A stretch of 63,662 bases of DNA, counting the filler, from Octopus bimaculoides (taxonomy: Eukaryota), in the NCBI RefSeq assembly GCF_001194135.2. It is 5 parts of 5 records of this genome, joined end to end, with 100 filler letters (N's around TTAATTAATTAA, not from the genome) between each part and the next. Parts side by side here need not be neighbours in the genome. Positions count along the whole stretch, not along the records: positions 23,269 to 54,716 come from NC_068983.1; 4 more parts are not named here. One strand, given 5' to 3'. The notes under the pieces are model-generated. The model did not search any database. It saw nothing but the letters and a program-made list of their open reading frames with translations, and was not told the origin of the DNA. Position 1 is the first letter of the stretch; the number at the start of each line of letters is the position of its first letter. Below, one piece after another: positions 35,766-49,304 of the stretch. The position numbers and the translations under genes are program-made.

Positions 35766-36384
35766 GCGAATATTTCTTTTTGAAATAAGCTACAGAATAT
35801 TCCATACAAAGAAGGTGAAAAAAAAACCCATTAGTATAATTTCAGTCACAGAAACATTAATTCTTGCGGTGATTAATACGATGGCTGCAATATAAGAATC
35901 ATTTCATAGCCTATATCATTAATACTGTTATTATTATATTATTGATGTTATCATTGGTGTTATTGTGTGTGTTTTTTTTATAATAATCATAATATAAAGG
36001 ATTTATTTCTAACATTGGCACATGACGATACACTTTAAATGAGTGCGGACAGTCGATTAAACCGATCCCACTGTTTGATTATTTCATTGCCCCAAAACAC
36101 ATGAAAAACGTGAGCCGTAATAATAATGGTTCCTACTACGTTTACGTGTTTCTGTTTTTTTAAATTTTTTAATTGCGAGGTCAAATTCCAGCTGGTTACT
36201 GGAAGATGAGCTCTCTATATTCCCGGCGTCTAAAGCCTAGAGAGACCAGATTAAAGTTCTCTGTTGAATGGCAGACAACGGAGATAACCGTATACAACCG
36301 TTGGTGGTAGGTTGTCCTGAATAGGGTGATTAGAAAAGAATCGCTAGTCTTAAGAAAAGAGCTAGCAATGAAGAGAAAATATTG

Positions 36385-36590
36385 GTTTCAAGTTTTGGCA
36401 CAAGGCCAGGAAAATTGGGGGAGGGGTTAGTTGATTACATCGACCCCCAGTACTCAACTGGTACTTATTTTATCGACCCCCGAAAGGATGAAATGTAGAC
36501 TTCGAATTTGGACTTAGAACGTAAAGACAGACAAAATGCCGTTAAGCATTTTTTCCCGGCGTGCTAATGATTCTGACAGCTTGCTGCCTC
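36385..36590 (-). mobile_element. SINE-B, full length
   Basis: Reverse complement GAGGCAGCAAGCTGTCAGAATCATTAGCACGCCGG...GGCCTTGTGCC. Confidence 0.88.
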
Positions 36591-36629
36591 GATAGAGAGA
36601 AAATATTCTTTTCTACTCTAGGCACAAAG

Positions 36630-38075
36630 TCCGAAATGTAAATGCATGAAACCTGGAGATCTCAATGGAAGCAGGGTCACCAAGGTCTCTTGATATAGAA
36701 GCGGTGGCCATCACTTAGAAAAAAGTTTCCAATCCACAAGCCTTCATGCCCATTTTCGGAGGAGATCTACTTACCCCAATTTGACCGATATTGAGGGGCA
36801 GAGCTACTTGTTATTTCGAAAGGCTCTCAATCGCTCGATACGGCTCGACTTCTTGTACACAGAAGATAAATTGGTGGTCCTGGATGTGAACATTAGCGGA
36901 GGAAATGTCTTCAGAAAAGTAACTGTTTATACTCCGACGGGCGGAGCAACCAGATTTTCCTGGGAACATCCGATCTTTAGTGCTAATGGCTGGTTGGAAC
37001 ACGTATTTGCATACATGCTTGGGTTGTGTTTGCTAGCTAATAAGAGAGGGAGTGCAAAGGCATCGGAAGCCTGTCCAGACACTTACAGCTGTGTGACAGG
37101 CACCACTGTGAACATGGACAAACCGCATTGTGTCATCCAGATCATGTCTAAGCCAGTAGAAAAGGATAGCATAGGTTGTCCACAATATGGAGGGTAACTT
37201 GAAAGAGACGCTTAGGAAAGGAAGAGCAACCGACGTGCTCACGGTGAGATTGGCCCTCGACCAGTCCTTCAACGCCAAACACGAATGCTGCTTAGTTAGA
37301 ACCAAGGCGCGCTCTAAGACACGACAGAATGAATGCCGTTCGATGGGCCCAGGGTGAAGAGACATAAAGCGGAAGAAAGCCACAATTCAATGTTTGGTAG
37401 ACTATAATGGGCGCATGTTACTCAATCCCAAGCAAAAGTGTACGGCTTTCAGCAGAATTTTGCTGGATTGTTTGGGTCGAATGGCGGGTCGGAACGCAGG
37501 ATAGTTTTCAGTACCTAACTTGACAGCTTGCTGCAATTCTTGACAAGTAAAGTGGAGTCCTGAGAAAAACTCATAGCATCTACAGAAATACGCGAAGCAA
37601 TGGTTGACTGCATGAGACATATTGAGAAATATCTCGTGCAGGCCAGGGTTGGAAAAACCGTGTTGGCACACGTGGACGGCGTTACTGTGATAATATCAGA
37701 CACCAGACACATCGATGTTTTTGACACTGTTCTAAGGGAATACGAAATGGGTGACAGAAGCAAAAATCAAGCCAGAAATGTCAGTGAGCTGCCGCCCTTA
37801 CCTGGGAAGGCAGGTCCATGTCCTCTAACAGCGTCATCGGACACTGGACATATGGATTCCTTAAGTTACCCGGGGTCCAGTTTGGGGAGGACTTGGATAA
37901 GCTGAAGAGCAGAGTAGCCATTCTCACCCAGCTTCTGTCATATCCTGCCCGATGGTTGTGTTTTGCCTCAGTTCACGTCCCACCGGACTAGAGCGTCTGC
38001 TGTTCCACTTTATGTGGAAGGAACGCGCACGTTGGTCAGACGTGCCATACAAATTTTTGGTAGACTTTATGAAAT
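36630..38075 (+). mobile_element. Tx1/L1-clade LINE ORF2 relic (APE and RT, internally deleted)
   Basis: LLFRKALNRSIRLDFLYTEDKLVVLDVNISGGNVFRKVTVYTPTG (APE); AHVDGVTVIIS (degenerate YADD); GVQFGEDL; LERLLFHFMWK. Confidence 0.8.
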
Positions 38076-38261
38076 GTTATATTTCAATGATCCAGAAGCC
38101 ATGGGCTATAACCTGCCCGCTGTAATGTAAAATTTCCCAATGTAAGATTTTGGCACTTCCAGTTATGAACAACAATATAGTAGAAGCAGAATCATGAAAA
38201 TGAGTTAACCTGATCAACGCAAGTGGAATTTAATTTTATTTATAAATATCATGTTTCCAAA

Positions 38262-38440
38262 ACGCTTAGCAACATTTATTCCGGTTGCTTATGTTCAGAG
38301 TTCAAATGTCGCCGAGGTCCACTTTACCTTTTATGGTTTCGAGTTCGATAATATAAATACTAGTTGAGCATTGGGGTCGATGTCCTCGACTTCCCCAACC
38401 TCTCAAATAACCGGTCTTGTTCCAAAATAGGAAAGAATTA
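38262..38440 (+). mobile_element. Old SINE-B
   Basis: GCTTAGC...GAGTTCAAATGTCGCCGAGGTC...TGGGGTCGATG. Confidence 0.75.
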
Positions 38441-38610
38441 TTGTATGCTTTGTCACATTCTTTTAATCATTTCATTGAAATTTTTTGTAGTTTTATAAAT
38501 GTTAATTTGTCCAGTTATATATTGTATGAAGTCTTTCACCCTCCATTCGTCTTTATATAACTTCTCCGTCCCATCGCACACGACCTCTTTTATCCTTTAT
38601 CTTTTAATTT

Positions 38611-38960
38611 AGACTGGGGTCATACTGGGGCACCGCCTTGAAGAAGTTTTAGTCAAATGAAACGATCCTAGTACTTTTTTCTTAAGCCTGGAAATTATTT
38701 TATCGATAGTTTTTGCCGAACGACTAAGTTACGAAGACATAAACACACCGACATCAGTTGTTAATCAAGCGGTGAAACACACATACATATAAACGACGGG
38801 CTTCTTTTAGTTTCCATCTACCAAATTTACTCCCAAGGCTTTGGTCGGACCGAGACTATAGTAGAAGACACTTCGTCGAAGGTGCCACGGAGTAGGACTG
38901 AATAGGGAACCATATGGCTAGGAAACACAGCATCTTACTACACAGCCACTCCTGCGCCAC
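38611..38960 (-). mobile_element. SINE-A, old, full length
   Basis: Minus-strand head TGGCGCAGGAGTGGCTGTGTAGTAAG through to the tail. Confidence 0.85.
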
Positions 38961-39040
38961 TGTTTAAGTTTCTTTAATATATTTTTCTTCTGTATCACTC
39001 CGAACCCTTGTGTCGAACATTATTATTAACATTAAATTTA

Positions 39041-39260
39041 AGGTGGCGAGCTGGCAGAACCGTTTTCACGCCAGGAGAAATGCTGAGCGGTATTTCGTCT
39101 GTCGCTACGCTCTGAGTTCAAATTCCCCTAGGTCACCTTTGCCTTTCATCCTTTCGGATCGATGAAATAAGTACAAGTCAAGTGCTGGGGTCGATGTAAC
39201 CGACTAGTCCCCACCCCCACGCAAATTTCAGGCCTTGTGCCTATAGTAGAAAGGATTACT
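39041..39260 (+). mobile_element. SINE-B, full length
   Basis: AAGGTGGCGAGCTGGCAGAACCG...CAGGCCTTGTGCCTATAGTAGAAAGGATT. Confidence 0.92.
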
Positions 39261-39616
39261 AACATTAGATTTGAGAAAATATGAAGAGAAAAAATCTTCA
39301 AAGAATGCACCAACCGACAAACTATCAAATTAAACATGTCTTTACACACACACGCTCAATGATATTTTAAAACTTGAGACATGATATATATGCGTTTCGT
39401 CCAGCTAATATATTTTAAAACTTAGCATATGGACGCTAAGCCTATGGACATAAAAGAAAATGTCAAAAGAATTTCTCGTTGTATAGACTGCAATATTCAC
39501 AGGTGCATACAATTACGCACACACTTTGCATATATGTGTATACTTTTAATCTATCACGGCTGCTTCATTCCTTCTTCATGATACACGTTGCAGCGAATCG
39601 CCCCCACCATATATAT

Positions 39617-39659
<43 letters not shown>

Positions 39660-40047
39660 NNNNNNNNNNNNNNNNNNNNNNNNNNNNNNNNNNNNNNNNN
39701 NNNNNNNNNNNNNNNNNNNNNNNNNNNNNNNNNNNNNNNNNNNNNNNNNNNNNNNNNNNNNNNNNNNNNNNNNNNNNNNNNNNNNNNNNNNNNNNNNNNN
39801 NNNNNNNNNNNNNNNNNNNNNNNNNNNNNNNNNNNNNNNNNNNNNNNNNNNNNNNNNNNNNNNNNNNNNNNNNNNNNNNNNNNNNNNNNNNNNNNNNNNN
39901 NNNNNNNNNNNNNNNNNNNNNNNNNNNNNNNNNNNNNNNNNNNNNNNNNNNNNNNNNNNNNNNNNNNNNNNNNNNNNNNNNNNNNNNNNNNNNNNNNNNN
40001 NNNNNNNNNNNNNNNNNNNNNNNNNNNNNNNNNNNNNNNNNNNNNNN

Positions 40048-40088
<41 letters not shown>

Positions 40089-40387
40089 ATACACAGATAT
40101 ATATGCATATATATATATTATTTATATATATATACATACATTCATATGTACATGCATACATATACACACATATGTGTGTATGTGTATGTATATATATAGT
40201 ATATGTCTGTCTGTCTGTATGTATATCTGTATGTATGTCTCTATGTATGTATGTATGTATGTATGCATGTATGTATGCATGTATGTATGTGTATGCGTAT
40301 GTATGTGTATGTGTATGCATATATGTGTGTCTGTACATATGTTCATCTGCCTGTCTTTCTCATTGTCTGCCTGTCAGTATTTATGTA

Positions 40388-40600
40388 TTAGGTTGTCGCG
40401 GAATTTTAAATTTCGGTTTTAAATGATTTATTTTCTTGACTTTATATATCATTTAAAGCCCGTTTTTTTCGTTCTATCTAATGGTGTTACTCTTTTTCTT
40501 TTCTGAATAATTAGGCCATTTTTTTCCGGAACGTTGAATACAACATGGACCAAAAGCAAATTCGCACAATTTTCTTATTCCAGTTCAAGCTAGGCCGAAA
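40388..40600 (+). mobile_element. Mariner transposon left end (Hsmar1/cecropia-like), cut by a gap
   Basis: TA|TTAGGTTG... TIR start; MDQKQIRTIFLFQFKLGRK resembles the mariner N-terminus KQIRAIFLFEFKMGRK. Confidence 0.8.
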
Positions 40601-40701
40601 ANNNNNNNNNNNNNNNNNNNNNNNNNNNNNNNNNNNNNNNNNNNNNNNNNNNNNNNNNNNNNNNNNNNNNNNNNNNNNNNNNNNNNNNNNNNNNNNNNNN
40701 N

Positions 40702-40744
<43 letters not shown>

Positions 40745-40764
40745 ATTTGTTTGTCTAGATCTCT

Positions 40765-40840
40765 CGCACTCTCTCTCTCCCCCCTTACTCTCTCTCTCCC
40801 CCCTTACTCTCTCTCTCCCCCCTTACTCTCTCTCTCCCCC
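40765..40840. repeat. 19-bp minisatellite (TCTCTCTCTCCCCCCTTAC)n running into an 832-N gap
   Basis: Three to four visible units. Confidence 0.85.
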
Positions 40841-42493
40841 NNNNNNNNNNNNNNNNNNNNNNNNNNNNNNNNNNNNNNNNNNNNNNNNNNNNNNNNNNNN
40901 NNNNNNNNNNNNNNNNNNNNNNNNNNNNNNNNNNNNNNNNNNNNNNNNNNNNNNNNNNNNNNNNNNNNNNNNNNNNNNNNNNNNNNNNNNNNNNNNNNNN
41001 NNNNNNNNNNNNNNNNNNNNNNNNNNNNNNNNNNNNNNNNNNNNNNNNNNNNNNNNNNNNNNNNNNNNNNNNNNNNNNNNNNNNNNNNNNNNNNNNNNNN
41101 NNNNNNNNNNNNNNNNNNNNNNNNNNNNNNNNNNNNNNNNNNNNNNNNNNNNNNNNNNNNNNNNNNNNNNNNNNNNNNNNNNNNNNNNNNNNNNNNNNNN
41201 NNNNNNNNNNNNNNNNNNNNNNNNNNNNNNNNNNNNNNNNNNNNNNNNNNNNNNNNNNNNNNNNNNNNNNNNNNNNNNNNNNNNNNNNNNNNNNNNNNNN
41301 NNNNNNNNNNNNNNNNNNNNNNNNNNNNNNNNNNNNNNNNNNNNNNNNNNNNNNNNNNNNNNNNNNNNNNNNNNNNNNNNNNNNNNNNNNNNNNNNNNNN
41401 NNNNNNNNNNNNNNNNNNNNNNNNNNNNNNNNNNNNNNNNNNNNNNNNNNNNNNNNNNNNNNNNNNNNNNNNNNNNNNNNNNNNNNNNNNNNNNNNNNNN
41501 NNNNNNNNNNNNNNNNNNNNNNNNNNNNNNNNNNNNNNNNNNNNNNNNNNNNNNNNNNNNNNNNNNNNNNNNNNNNNNNNNNNNNNNNNNNNNNNNNNNN
41601 NNNNNNNNNNNNNNNNNNNNNNNNNNNNNNNNNNNNNNNNNNNNNNNNNNNNNNNNNNNNNNNNNNNNNNNNCCCCCTCTCTGTTTATCTAGCTATCCAT
41701 TTTATCTTCTGTCTGCACCAAACCTGTCCCTATACTCACCCCCTCTATACACTGTCGTACTTACCCTTTCATAAACTCCTCCACCCCGCCGCGGCAAACA
41801 TCAGAATAATCTCCCCTTCCAGCTCACATCTAATTCTTCCTCCACTCCACTCGTCAACTCTTCTTTGCGTGCTAAACTTCCTCTTTCTACTGCTTCCTCC
41901 CACCTCATTGAGTCTCCCTCTCACTCCTTTATCTCATCTCATTCGTCTCATCTCAGTTTCTTGCATTTTGGACAACTTAGAATGTGGCTTAGAATTTATT
42001 GCAAATAGCTTTGAAAAATAAATATATTTATAGAGAAGATTTATATACATTGATAATTTTATAGAATTTAGACCAATTCCATAAATCAGTAAATTTTATG
42101 CTGCAGACTTCTTTCGTCCCCGCCTTCTCTCTCTCTCTCCTTCCCTCCCTCTCTTTCTCAGCTTTCTTCTCTACCCACACACTTAAATATACACGTACAC
42201 ACACATGCACTCAGACACCCGCAATTTTAGACATGCACCCTTCTACGCAAATTTGCACATACATACATAATTACAAACGTTCACGTGCACACACGTATAT
42301 TCATAATATATATGTATATACATGTCTTTATATCTTTGTATCTCTCTCTTTGTTTATATATATATACATACATACACACACATACATATATATATGTATA
42401 TATGTGTGTGTATATATATATTTGTATATACATGTATATATATATATGTTTGTTATATATGTATGTATATATATGTTTATTGTGCTTTTGGTA

Positions 42494-42527
<34 letters not shown>

Positions 42528-42677
42528 NNNNNNNNNNNNNNNNNNNNNNNNNNNNNNNNNNNNNNNNNNNNNNNNNNNNNNNNNNNNNNNNNNNNNNNNN
42601 NNNNNNNNNNNNNNNNNNNNNNNNNNNNNNNNNNNNNNNNNNNNNNNNNNNNNNNAGAGAGAGAAAGAGAGAGGAAT

Positions 42678-42734
<57 letters not shown>

Positions 42735-42999
42735 CACACACATATGCATACACACATACATGCTTAAATACACCCAAAAAAGCAATCTAAGGGAAATAAC
42801 TCAATGTCAGAAGCATGGATTTCCCTAGCAACAACTGTTAGAGACTTTCAAGGCATATGGCAGATAATTTGAAGAAATTAACTATTGATCTTACAGAAAA
42901 TAAAATTTTCATGCTGAGGTGAAAGTGGGACCTGAAATTGTGCGTAAATCATTTAGTAAATAACTACCTTTCCCTCTGTATACATAGATGCATACGTAT

Positions 43000-43428
43000 A
43001 TGATGATGGCCGTCCACTCGTGACTGTGTAAGACCATCAGGAACATTGTGCGCTCTAGGACTAATTTATAGTTTGCATTTGCGACTCCATTGGAGGCTAA
43101 TGAGCCCCGTTCTTGACAAGCATACACGACTGCAAACATTGCAAACCAAGCTTTCCTCATTCACTACACCAGTAGTGCGCTTTCGAGCAGCACGCTTAAG
43201 TTTTTCATGCAGAATACATGCTCTCTCAAAAGTGTCGACCCCCTCCTTAACCCGCCTTCTCCATCTCTGGTAGTGCTCTCTCAGTCAGTCTCCTGCATCT
43301 CACAGGACTTTAATGAGGATTTGATACAGTCTTCAAATCGCAGCCTTGGTTTCTGCCGGGGTCTCTTTCCATTCACAAGTTCTCCATATAGCATCTACTT
43401 AGGGATCCTGCTATCCTTCATTCTAATA
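43000..43428 (-). mobile_element. RTE-clade LINE 3' end
   Basis: RMKDSRIPK*MLYGELVNGKRPRQKPRLRFEDCIK...CNVCSRVCLSRTGLIS zinc finger; (CAT)n tail. Confidence 0.88.
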
Positions 43429-44134
43429 CATACATACATACATACATACATACAAATCTATACATACATACATACATACATGCATACATACGTAAGTTCG
43501 TACATACATGCGTACATACATACATACATACATACATAGAAATGCACATACGTACATATACATGTATATACATGTGCATATACATGCAAACTGGTTCGAA
43601 GATTACAGATCTAAGTCATCACCAGAACAGTAAAATTCTGTAAAACTTTTCATAAGTTTATCATTTTAGTATATATATGCGCATGTCTAGACGTGCAACT
43701 ACGTGCATAGGAATAATATATAAAGCAAAACATACAAATCTGCACTTGCACTGACTCTAAATACTGCACATATACACACATACATGAAAAAATACCGTGT
43801 TGATGTTGTAGAAATTCCAATGAAAGTACCTTGGATCTAGGTTAGAAACCGACTCTTTCTCTATTGGCAAGAACTCTTGAAATAAAACTGAATAATGACA
43901 TAGATACATATCTATATATAGCATGCATACATGTATACATACATCATCCATTCATATATACATACATACAGCCACGCATACTTTCATGCATAAAGATAAA
44001 TAACTATAAACAAAATCCCATTAAATACGATTTTTCAAAGTCGGAAGACAGGTGTTTAGGGCCACCTGATTGCCAAACGTATGTGCCCTCTTTTACCTGT
44101 CGTTTACTGGCTTTACTAAGTGTAGGTCCTCTTT

Positions 44135-44615
44135 GATGCTTATCCATATCACCCAATTAACACAAGAACAATATTCACCTTTGCGTATTATAATCCCTTT
44201 ATCTTTTTGACCAGGTTTTGGTATTTCTCAATTTTCTCTGTTTCCTTGATATCCATATGAGATCATAAAGTCAATGAGATCACTCTGTTTATTCTGTCCT
44301 CTACGATTATATCTGCTCGTATTGTTTTTAATGATAACTTACAACATTCACTGAAATGATGGATGGTACTTTCGTTGTCTTTCCTAAACATTTTGCGTTT
44401 GCTCTGACTGAGTTATAGAATTCATTATCTTTGCCACATTTGTTTAAATGGATTGTTGCTGAGTGTTAAAATTAGCGATTCAGTTTCTGGTTTCAGGTGT
44501 TCATCTGTCAGGTACACCCATCCTTTTTCACTTCAGACTACCTCAGTTTGATTCCTGATTTATCTATAGAGTTCTGTGCCTTTCCAGCTTGTTGCTCTTC
44601 TGTTTTTAAATCTCT
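44135..44615 (-). mobile_element. Old R4/Dong-type RLE domain relic
   Basis: HLKPETESLI; RKMFRKDNESTIHHFSEC; RADIIVED; KETEKIEKYQNL...VNIVLVLIG. Confidence 0.7.
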
Positions 44616-44623
44616 CAATTTTT

Positions 44624-46207
44624 CAGTGCGAAATCCCGAATTGGTCTATTCCGACAACATCCACCTTATGCGATAGTACATCATAAAAGGGACCAGGACT
44701 AAAGCTGGCTTCGGTGGGGCTCTGATCAATTTGGATTAATCCAAAGTATTCGACTGGGTCGGCCATCGCTACTTGGAAGCCATCCTGAAAGCGGCCGGTT
44801 TCGGACCCGTTTTCAGAGGCTGGATCGCTCTGCAATTCACAGCAGGACCAATCGGAACAGTTTCGTATCGCACGCTCGGTCCGTCAGGGCTACTCGCTAT
44901 TGTCTTTTCTTTGCATGCTACTTCTCGAACCATTACTGCAGAAGTTAGAACAGTTGAGGGACATCACTTTCGAACTGAGACACATGAGGTTAGTGTCGGC
45001 GAACGCAGACGATGTCATCGTCATGTTGTCAGATGCCTTCGAAGTGGAGATGGTCAGTACCATTCTAAAGAAATATGAGCCAGTTGCGCTCCTAAGCCCA
45101 AACACATGTTCAGGTGGCGCTACTTCCAACAATTTGTGGACGATGAGCTTGTTTCGACTGTGTTTGTGAGTCACGTCTTTCCGCAGCTCGTCTCCTTGAC
45201 GGAGCTACAGTCCTGAGTGAGGAAAAGACCAAGACTGGGCACGTGGCACCTAGAATGTTATCAGGCGCTCATAGCATTCTATCAGTCAGGGTAACGGAAT
45301 TAGTGGATGTTCTACTTTAGCAAAATATAGTGGATTAGTGGTAGGGAAGTGCGACGACGTTCTCGGGGAGAGCGAATTGGTTTGCCTGTTCCGGCGGACT
45401 TTTTGGTCGGGGACTAACATGGATAATCTCCAGTTGTCCCTGGTCTGACAGTCCGACAGCTCTGCTGGTTCGAGATAAACACTACAAGCAGAGATGTACT
45501 GTCAGACGGGCTTGTCCGAGGTGAGTGCAGAGCAACGAAACCATTCAGAATGCATTCGGTCAGTGCCTGGGTATTGCTGACTCGTGGAGTTATGTCAAAC
45601 AGCTGCTTTCGCATGTGGGACGGATTCGTTTGTCGGCCGAGTCCATAATGACGATTGCCTTGCTGCCTTCCAGATAAGGTAGGTTTCCTTTGCCTGGTGG
45701 CTGTGGCGAAAGAGGTTGACAAGCATGAGAACAGAGACAGAGACATTTCTCTTTGCTAGAGCCCTCTTCAACTTTTTCAAGTTGCACTTAAGAAGGAAAG
45801 TGAAAGTAGAGAGGGAGGTACCGTTCTAGAGTGAGTTTACTGAAACGTAGGTGAAAGTTGCGAAAATGGCAAGGGTGGGTTGTACCGCTCTAAGTATAGA
45901 CCTTTGAGTCGGAAAACAGGAATTGGCGAGGGCATTTGCACTTGATGTTCAGAGAGATTTTGAACGGTGTGGTTCCTCGATTGTTGCTAGACGCCCTCTT
46001 GTATGAGGAAGACCACATTACTATCATCCCTTTTTCGTTCCCTTCTTTCCATATAGCAGTTGTAAACTATGTATACTTCGCCTCCTTGTTTAATTGTTTA
46101 CCTTGTATGCTTTTTCCTTTATCATATTATATCTAAATACCCAACACTTTATGTCTATCTTTATATTGTCTTCCTCATACTTTGCCCCATTGGCAAACAA
46201 AAGAAAT
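44624..46207 (+). mobile_element. Tx1/L1-clade LINE, 5'-truncated (RT, zf-RVT, 3' UTR)
   Basis: GALINLD*SKVFDWVGHRYLEAILKAAGFGPVFRGWI; LEPLLQKL...VSANADDV; CPR...ET; 3' end GGCAAACAAAAGAAA. Confidence 0.88.
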
Positions 46208-46219
46208 CATCAACATTAT

Positions 46220-46250
<31 letters not shown>

Positions 46251-46421
46251 AGCATCATCATCATCATCATCGTTTTCATCTCCTGCTCCTGCCCCTGCGC
46301 CTGCGCCTGCTCCTGTTCCTGCTCCTGCTCCTGTTCCTCCTGTTTCTGCTCCTCCTTCTCCTCCTCCTCCTCCTCCTCCTGCTCCTCCTGCTCCTGCTCC
46401 TGCTCCTCCTCCTCCTCATCA
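46208..46421. repeat. (ATC)(CAG)(CCTG/CCT) compound repeat between two LINE tails
   Basis: Read directly from the sequence. Confidence 0.9.
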
Positions 46422-46434
46422 TTATAATTTTATT

Positions 46435-48331
46435 GTTTTTGCACAGCTTCTATCGCTGGACGCATACTACGGTATCAGCAGTTCACTACCACTGAACTAA
46501 GGTAGCACCTCTTATTTTTCGAGCACCATTCGGAATATTCGAGCAGTTTCAAGCAGTCTTGTTTTCTGCAAGTACTCCACCCTTATTGCAGCTCCTATTT
46601 GTTCCGTGTACTTCTCAAAATTTTTATTCACTGTTTCTAGGGCTCCGAAAATTATTGGTACTATTACCATCTTTTTCAGTGACCAAAACAGCTTAAACTC
46701 CCAAGTTAACCTGTGATATGTATTGACTTTTCTTTCTTCCTTATCACATACCTTGTTGTCAGCTGGGCATGGTATATCTATGCCTCAGCACCGTTTGCTT
46801 TCTTTCTCAATTAACACTATGTCTGGTTTCCTATTCTCTATCTCATTGTCGCACTGAATCATAAAATCCCACAGGATCTTTGCATTATCCTTTTTGATGA
46901 TGCCTTCGGGTTTATGTTTGTACCACTTTTTTGCTCTGTTAGATCCATACTTGTTGCAAAGTGTTCAATGGACAATCCTTGCTATGTTGTCATGACGTAT
47001 CTTATATTCTTTCTGGGCTAGTGGCGTACATTAACTAGTAATATGCCATACGGTTTCACCATTTTGTTCACAAATTCTGCACTTATCACTTTCTGATGTG
47101 TTGTCTATTCTGTATTTGATGTAATTTGTTCTTGATACTTGCTCTTGGGTAGCACAGGTTAGAGCTTCCGTTTCCGGTTTTAAATCACTTTTAGTCATCC
47201 ATAGCCATCTTTTTTCTTTGTCTGTCTTATCTTCAACATCCTTATGAAATTGTCTTTTCTTTATCCACTTATTTTCAGTTTCATTCAAGCTCAAATGCTT
47301 GCACACTGCTTTATCTTTGCAATCTTCCATCCTACACAAGGCTGACCGTCTTACTTCCAATAATAGCGGTTCTATGGCATATTTTTAACATACCATGCTA
47401 TTTTGTTTTCTTCTACTCTAAATCTGTGTTCGTATCCAGTCAGTCCTTTTCCACCACTTTTTCTTGGTATATACTGTCTGTGTCACTTTTTGGGTGGAGT
47501 ATCCCAAATTTAATCAACAACTTCCATGTCTTTCTGTCTAAACCTGTTTAGTTCGTTCACTATCTATGTGATTACTCCCGCTCCATATCTAAGGAGTGAA
47601 ATCGCCCAGGTTTTGATAGCTTCAATCTTATTCTGTCCGTTTAATTTTGACAGAATCAGTCTCAGTCTGCGCAAGTACTATACCTTAAATTTTTCATTCA
47701 TTTCTTTCTCCATCAGTTTATCCATTTCCCAAATCCCCAAGTACTTATAGCCCGTCTCTTCTATCTGCTTCATAACCTACCCCGACGGTATCGCTAGCCC
47801 GTTCATACATTTAATTTTGCCTCTCTTCAAGACTAATACTCCACACTTTTTCAGTCCCAACGCCATTCTGATATCAGCACCGAAAGTATACATCGTATCA
47901 ACGAGAAAACTGACTTTGGATTCATCTTTACCATAAAGTTTGAAGTCATCTATATGAATAACAAATGATTTATTTTGTTGGTGGCTCTTGAATACATACC
48001 CAGCCTTTGCTTTCCTTAGAATCAATGTTAGTGGTATCACACACAATACAAAGATCAGTGGGGACAGACAGTCCCCTTGGAAGATGCCTCTCCTGATTTC
48101 TGTTGTCCCTAAACCTCTTCCATATGCTGTCAGTTCCGCCCTCCACTTCACCATACTTTTTTCCAAGCAATCGCTCGACATTCGATGCAATACCAAATAG
48201 GTTCATACACTCCATAATCCAAGAATGTGGGATCACATTGTAAGCCTTACAATAACCAATCAATGACATGGTTAAGTTAGTTTTCCTCCTCTCTCAGTCT
48301 CTAAGTACAGTTTTGTCTACCAGTAATTGAT
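46435..48331 (-). mobile_element. R4/Dong-clade non-LTR retrotransposon, 5'-truncated
   Basis: IPHSWIMECM; RGIFQGDCLSPL; DDFKLYGK; CRICEQNGETVWHITS (CCHC); KPDIV (RLE); stop at 46512-46514; flanked by degraded (ATT)n and by (TTG)(TTA)n. Confidence 0.93.
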
Positions 48332-48342
48332 TGTTGTTGTTG

Positions 48343-48399
<57 letters not shown>
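48331..48399. repeat. (TTG)n(TTA)n microsatellite at the Dong 5' junction
   Basis: Read directly from the sequence. Confidence 0.95.
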
Positions 48400-48401
<2 letters not shown>

Positions 48402-48414
48402 ATCATTACTAAAG

Positions 48415-48605
48415 TGACAACAAGCTGGCAGAATGATTACCGCGTTGGAAAAATACTTGACGCCATTTCTTCCGGTTCTTTACATTCTAAGTTCAAATGC
48501 CGTTGTGGTTGACTTTACCTTTCATTCCTTCGTGGTCGCTAAAATAAAGTACTAATCAAGCATTTAGATCAATATAATCGACTTCCCCTCCCCTCAGAAT
48601 TATTA
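48415..48605 (+). mobile_element. Old SINE-B
   Basis: AAGCTGGCAGAATGATTACC...AAGTTCAAATGCC...AATCGACTTCCCC. Confidence 0.75.
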
Positions 48606-48860
48606 TTGTTAATGCCAGAGGGTCAACAGGATTAAGACTTTGCGGACAAAATGAAAATGTAGTATTTAGTCGCGTCTCCTTTCTGAGTTCAAATTCTTGA
48701 CAAGTGAAAGTTGTCTATCACAATTCCTTGGTTGTTGAGATATGCACCAGCTAAGTTCTGTAACCAATTTATTTGCCAATTTTCTTCTTTACAATATCTC
48801 GACTGTGAATCAAAATCATCATCATCATCATCATCATTGTCATCATTATCATCATCAAAG

Positions 48861-49078
48861 GGCGGCGAGATGGCAGAATCGTTAGCACGCCAAGCAAAAT
48901 GGTTAGCGGTATTTCGTCCTTCCTTACGTCCTGCGTTCAAGTGCTGCCGAGGTCGACTTTGCTTTTCATCCTTTCGGAGTCAATAAATTGAATACCAGTT
49001 GAGCACTGGGGTCGATGTAATCGACTTAACCCCATCTCCAAAGTTTCAGGCCTTGTGCCTGTAGTAGACAGGATTATT
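48861..49078 (+). mobile_element. SINE-B, first of a tandem pair
   Basis: Full-length match to the family. Confidence 0.92.
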
Positions 49079-49088
49079 ATCATCAAAA

Positions 49089-49304
49089 GGCGACGAGCTG
49101 GCAGAATCGTTGATACGCCGGAAAAGATGCTTAGCGATATTTATTCTGTCTTTACGTTCTGACTTCAAATTTCTCCGCGGTTAACTTTGCCGTTAGTTAT
49201 TTCGGGGTCGATGAAATAAATACCAGTTAAGCACTTGGGTCAATGTAGTCGACTTCCTCTTCCCCCAAATTTCAAACCTTGTGTCTATAATAGAATGAAT
49301 AATT
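49089..49304 (+). mobile_element. SINE-B, second of a tandem pair
   Basis: Full-length match to the family. Confidence 0.9.

Noticed and set aside
27610-42828. Many long ORFs (200-400 aa) in the ORF track
   Set aside because: They consist of N runs and dinucleotide repeats (CVCV, THTH, YIYI) and have no coding signal.
46069-46500. Poly-Ser/Pro/His/Gln/Leu ORFs resembling low-complexity proteins
   Set aside because: These are translations of a compound trinucleotide repeat between two LINE tails.
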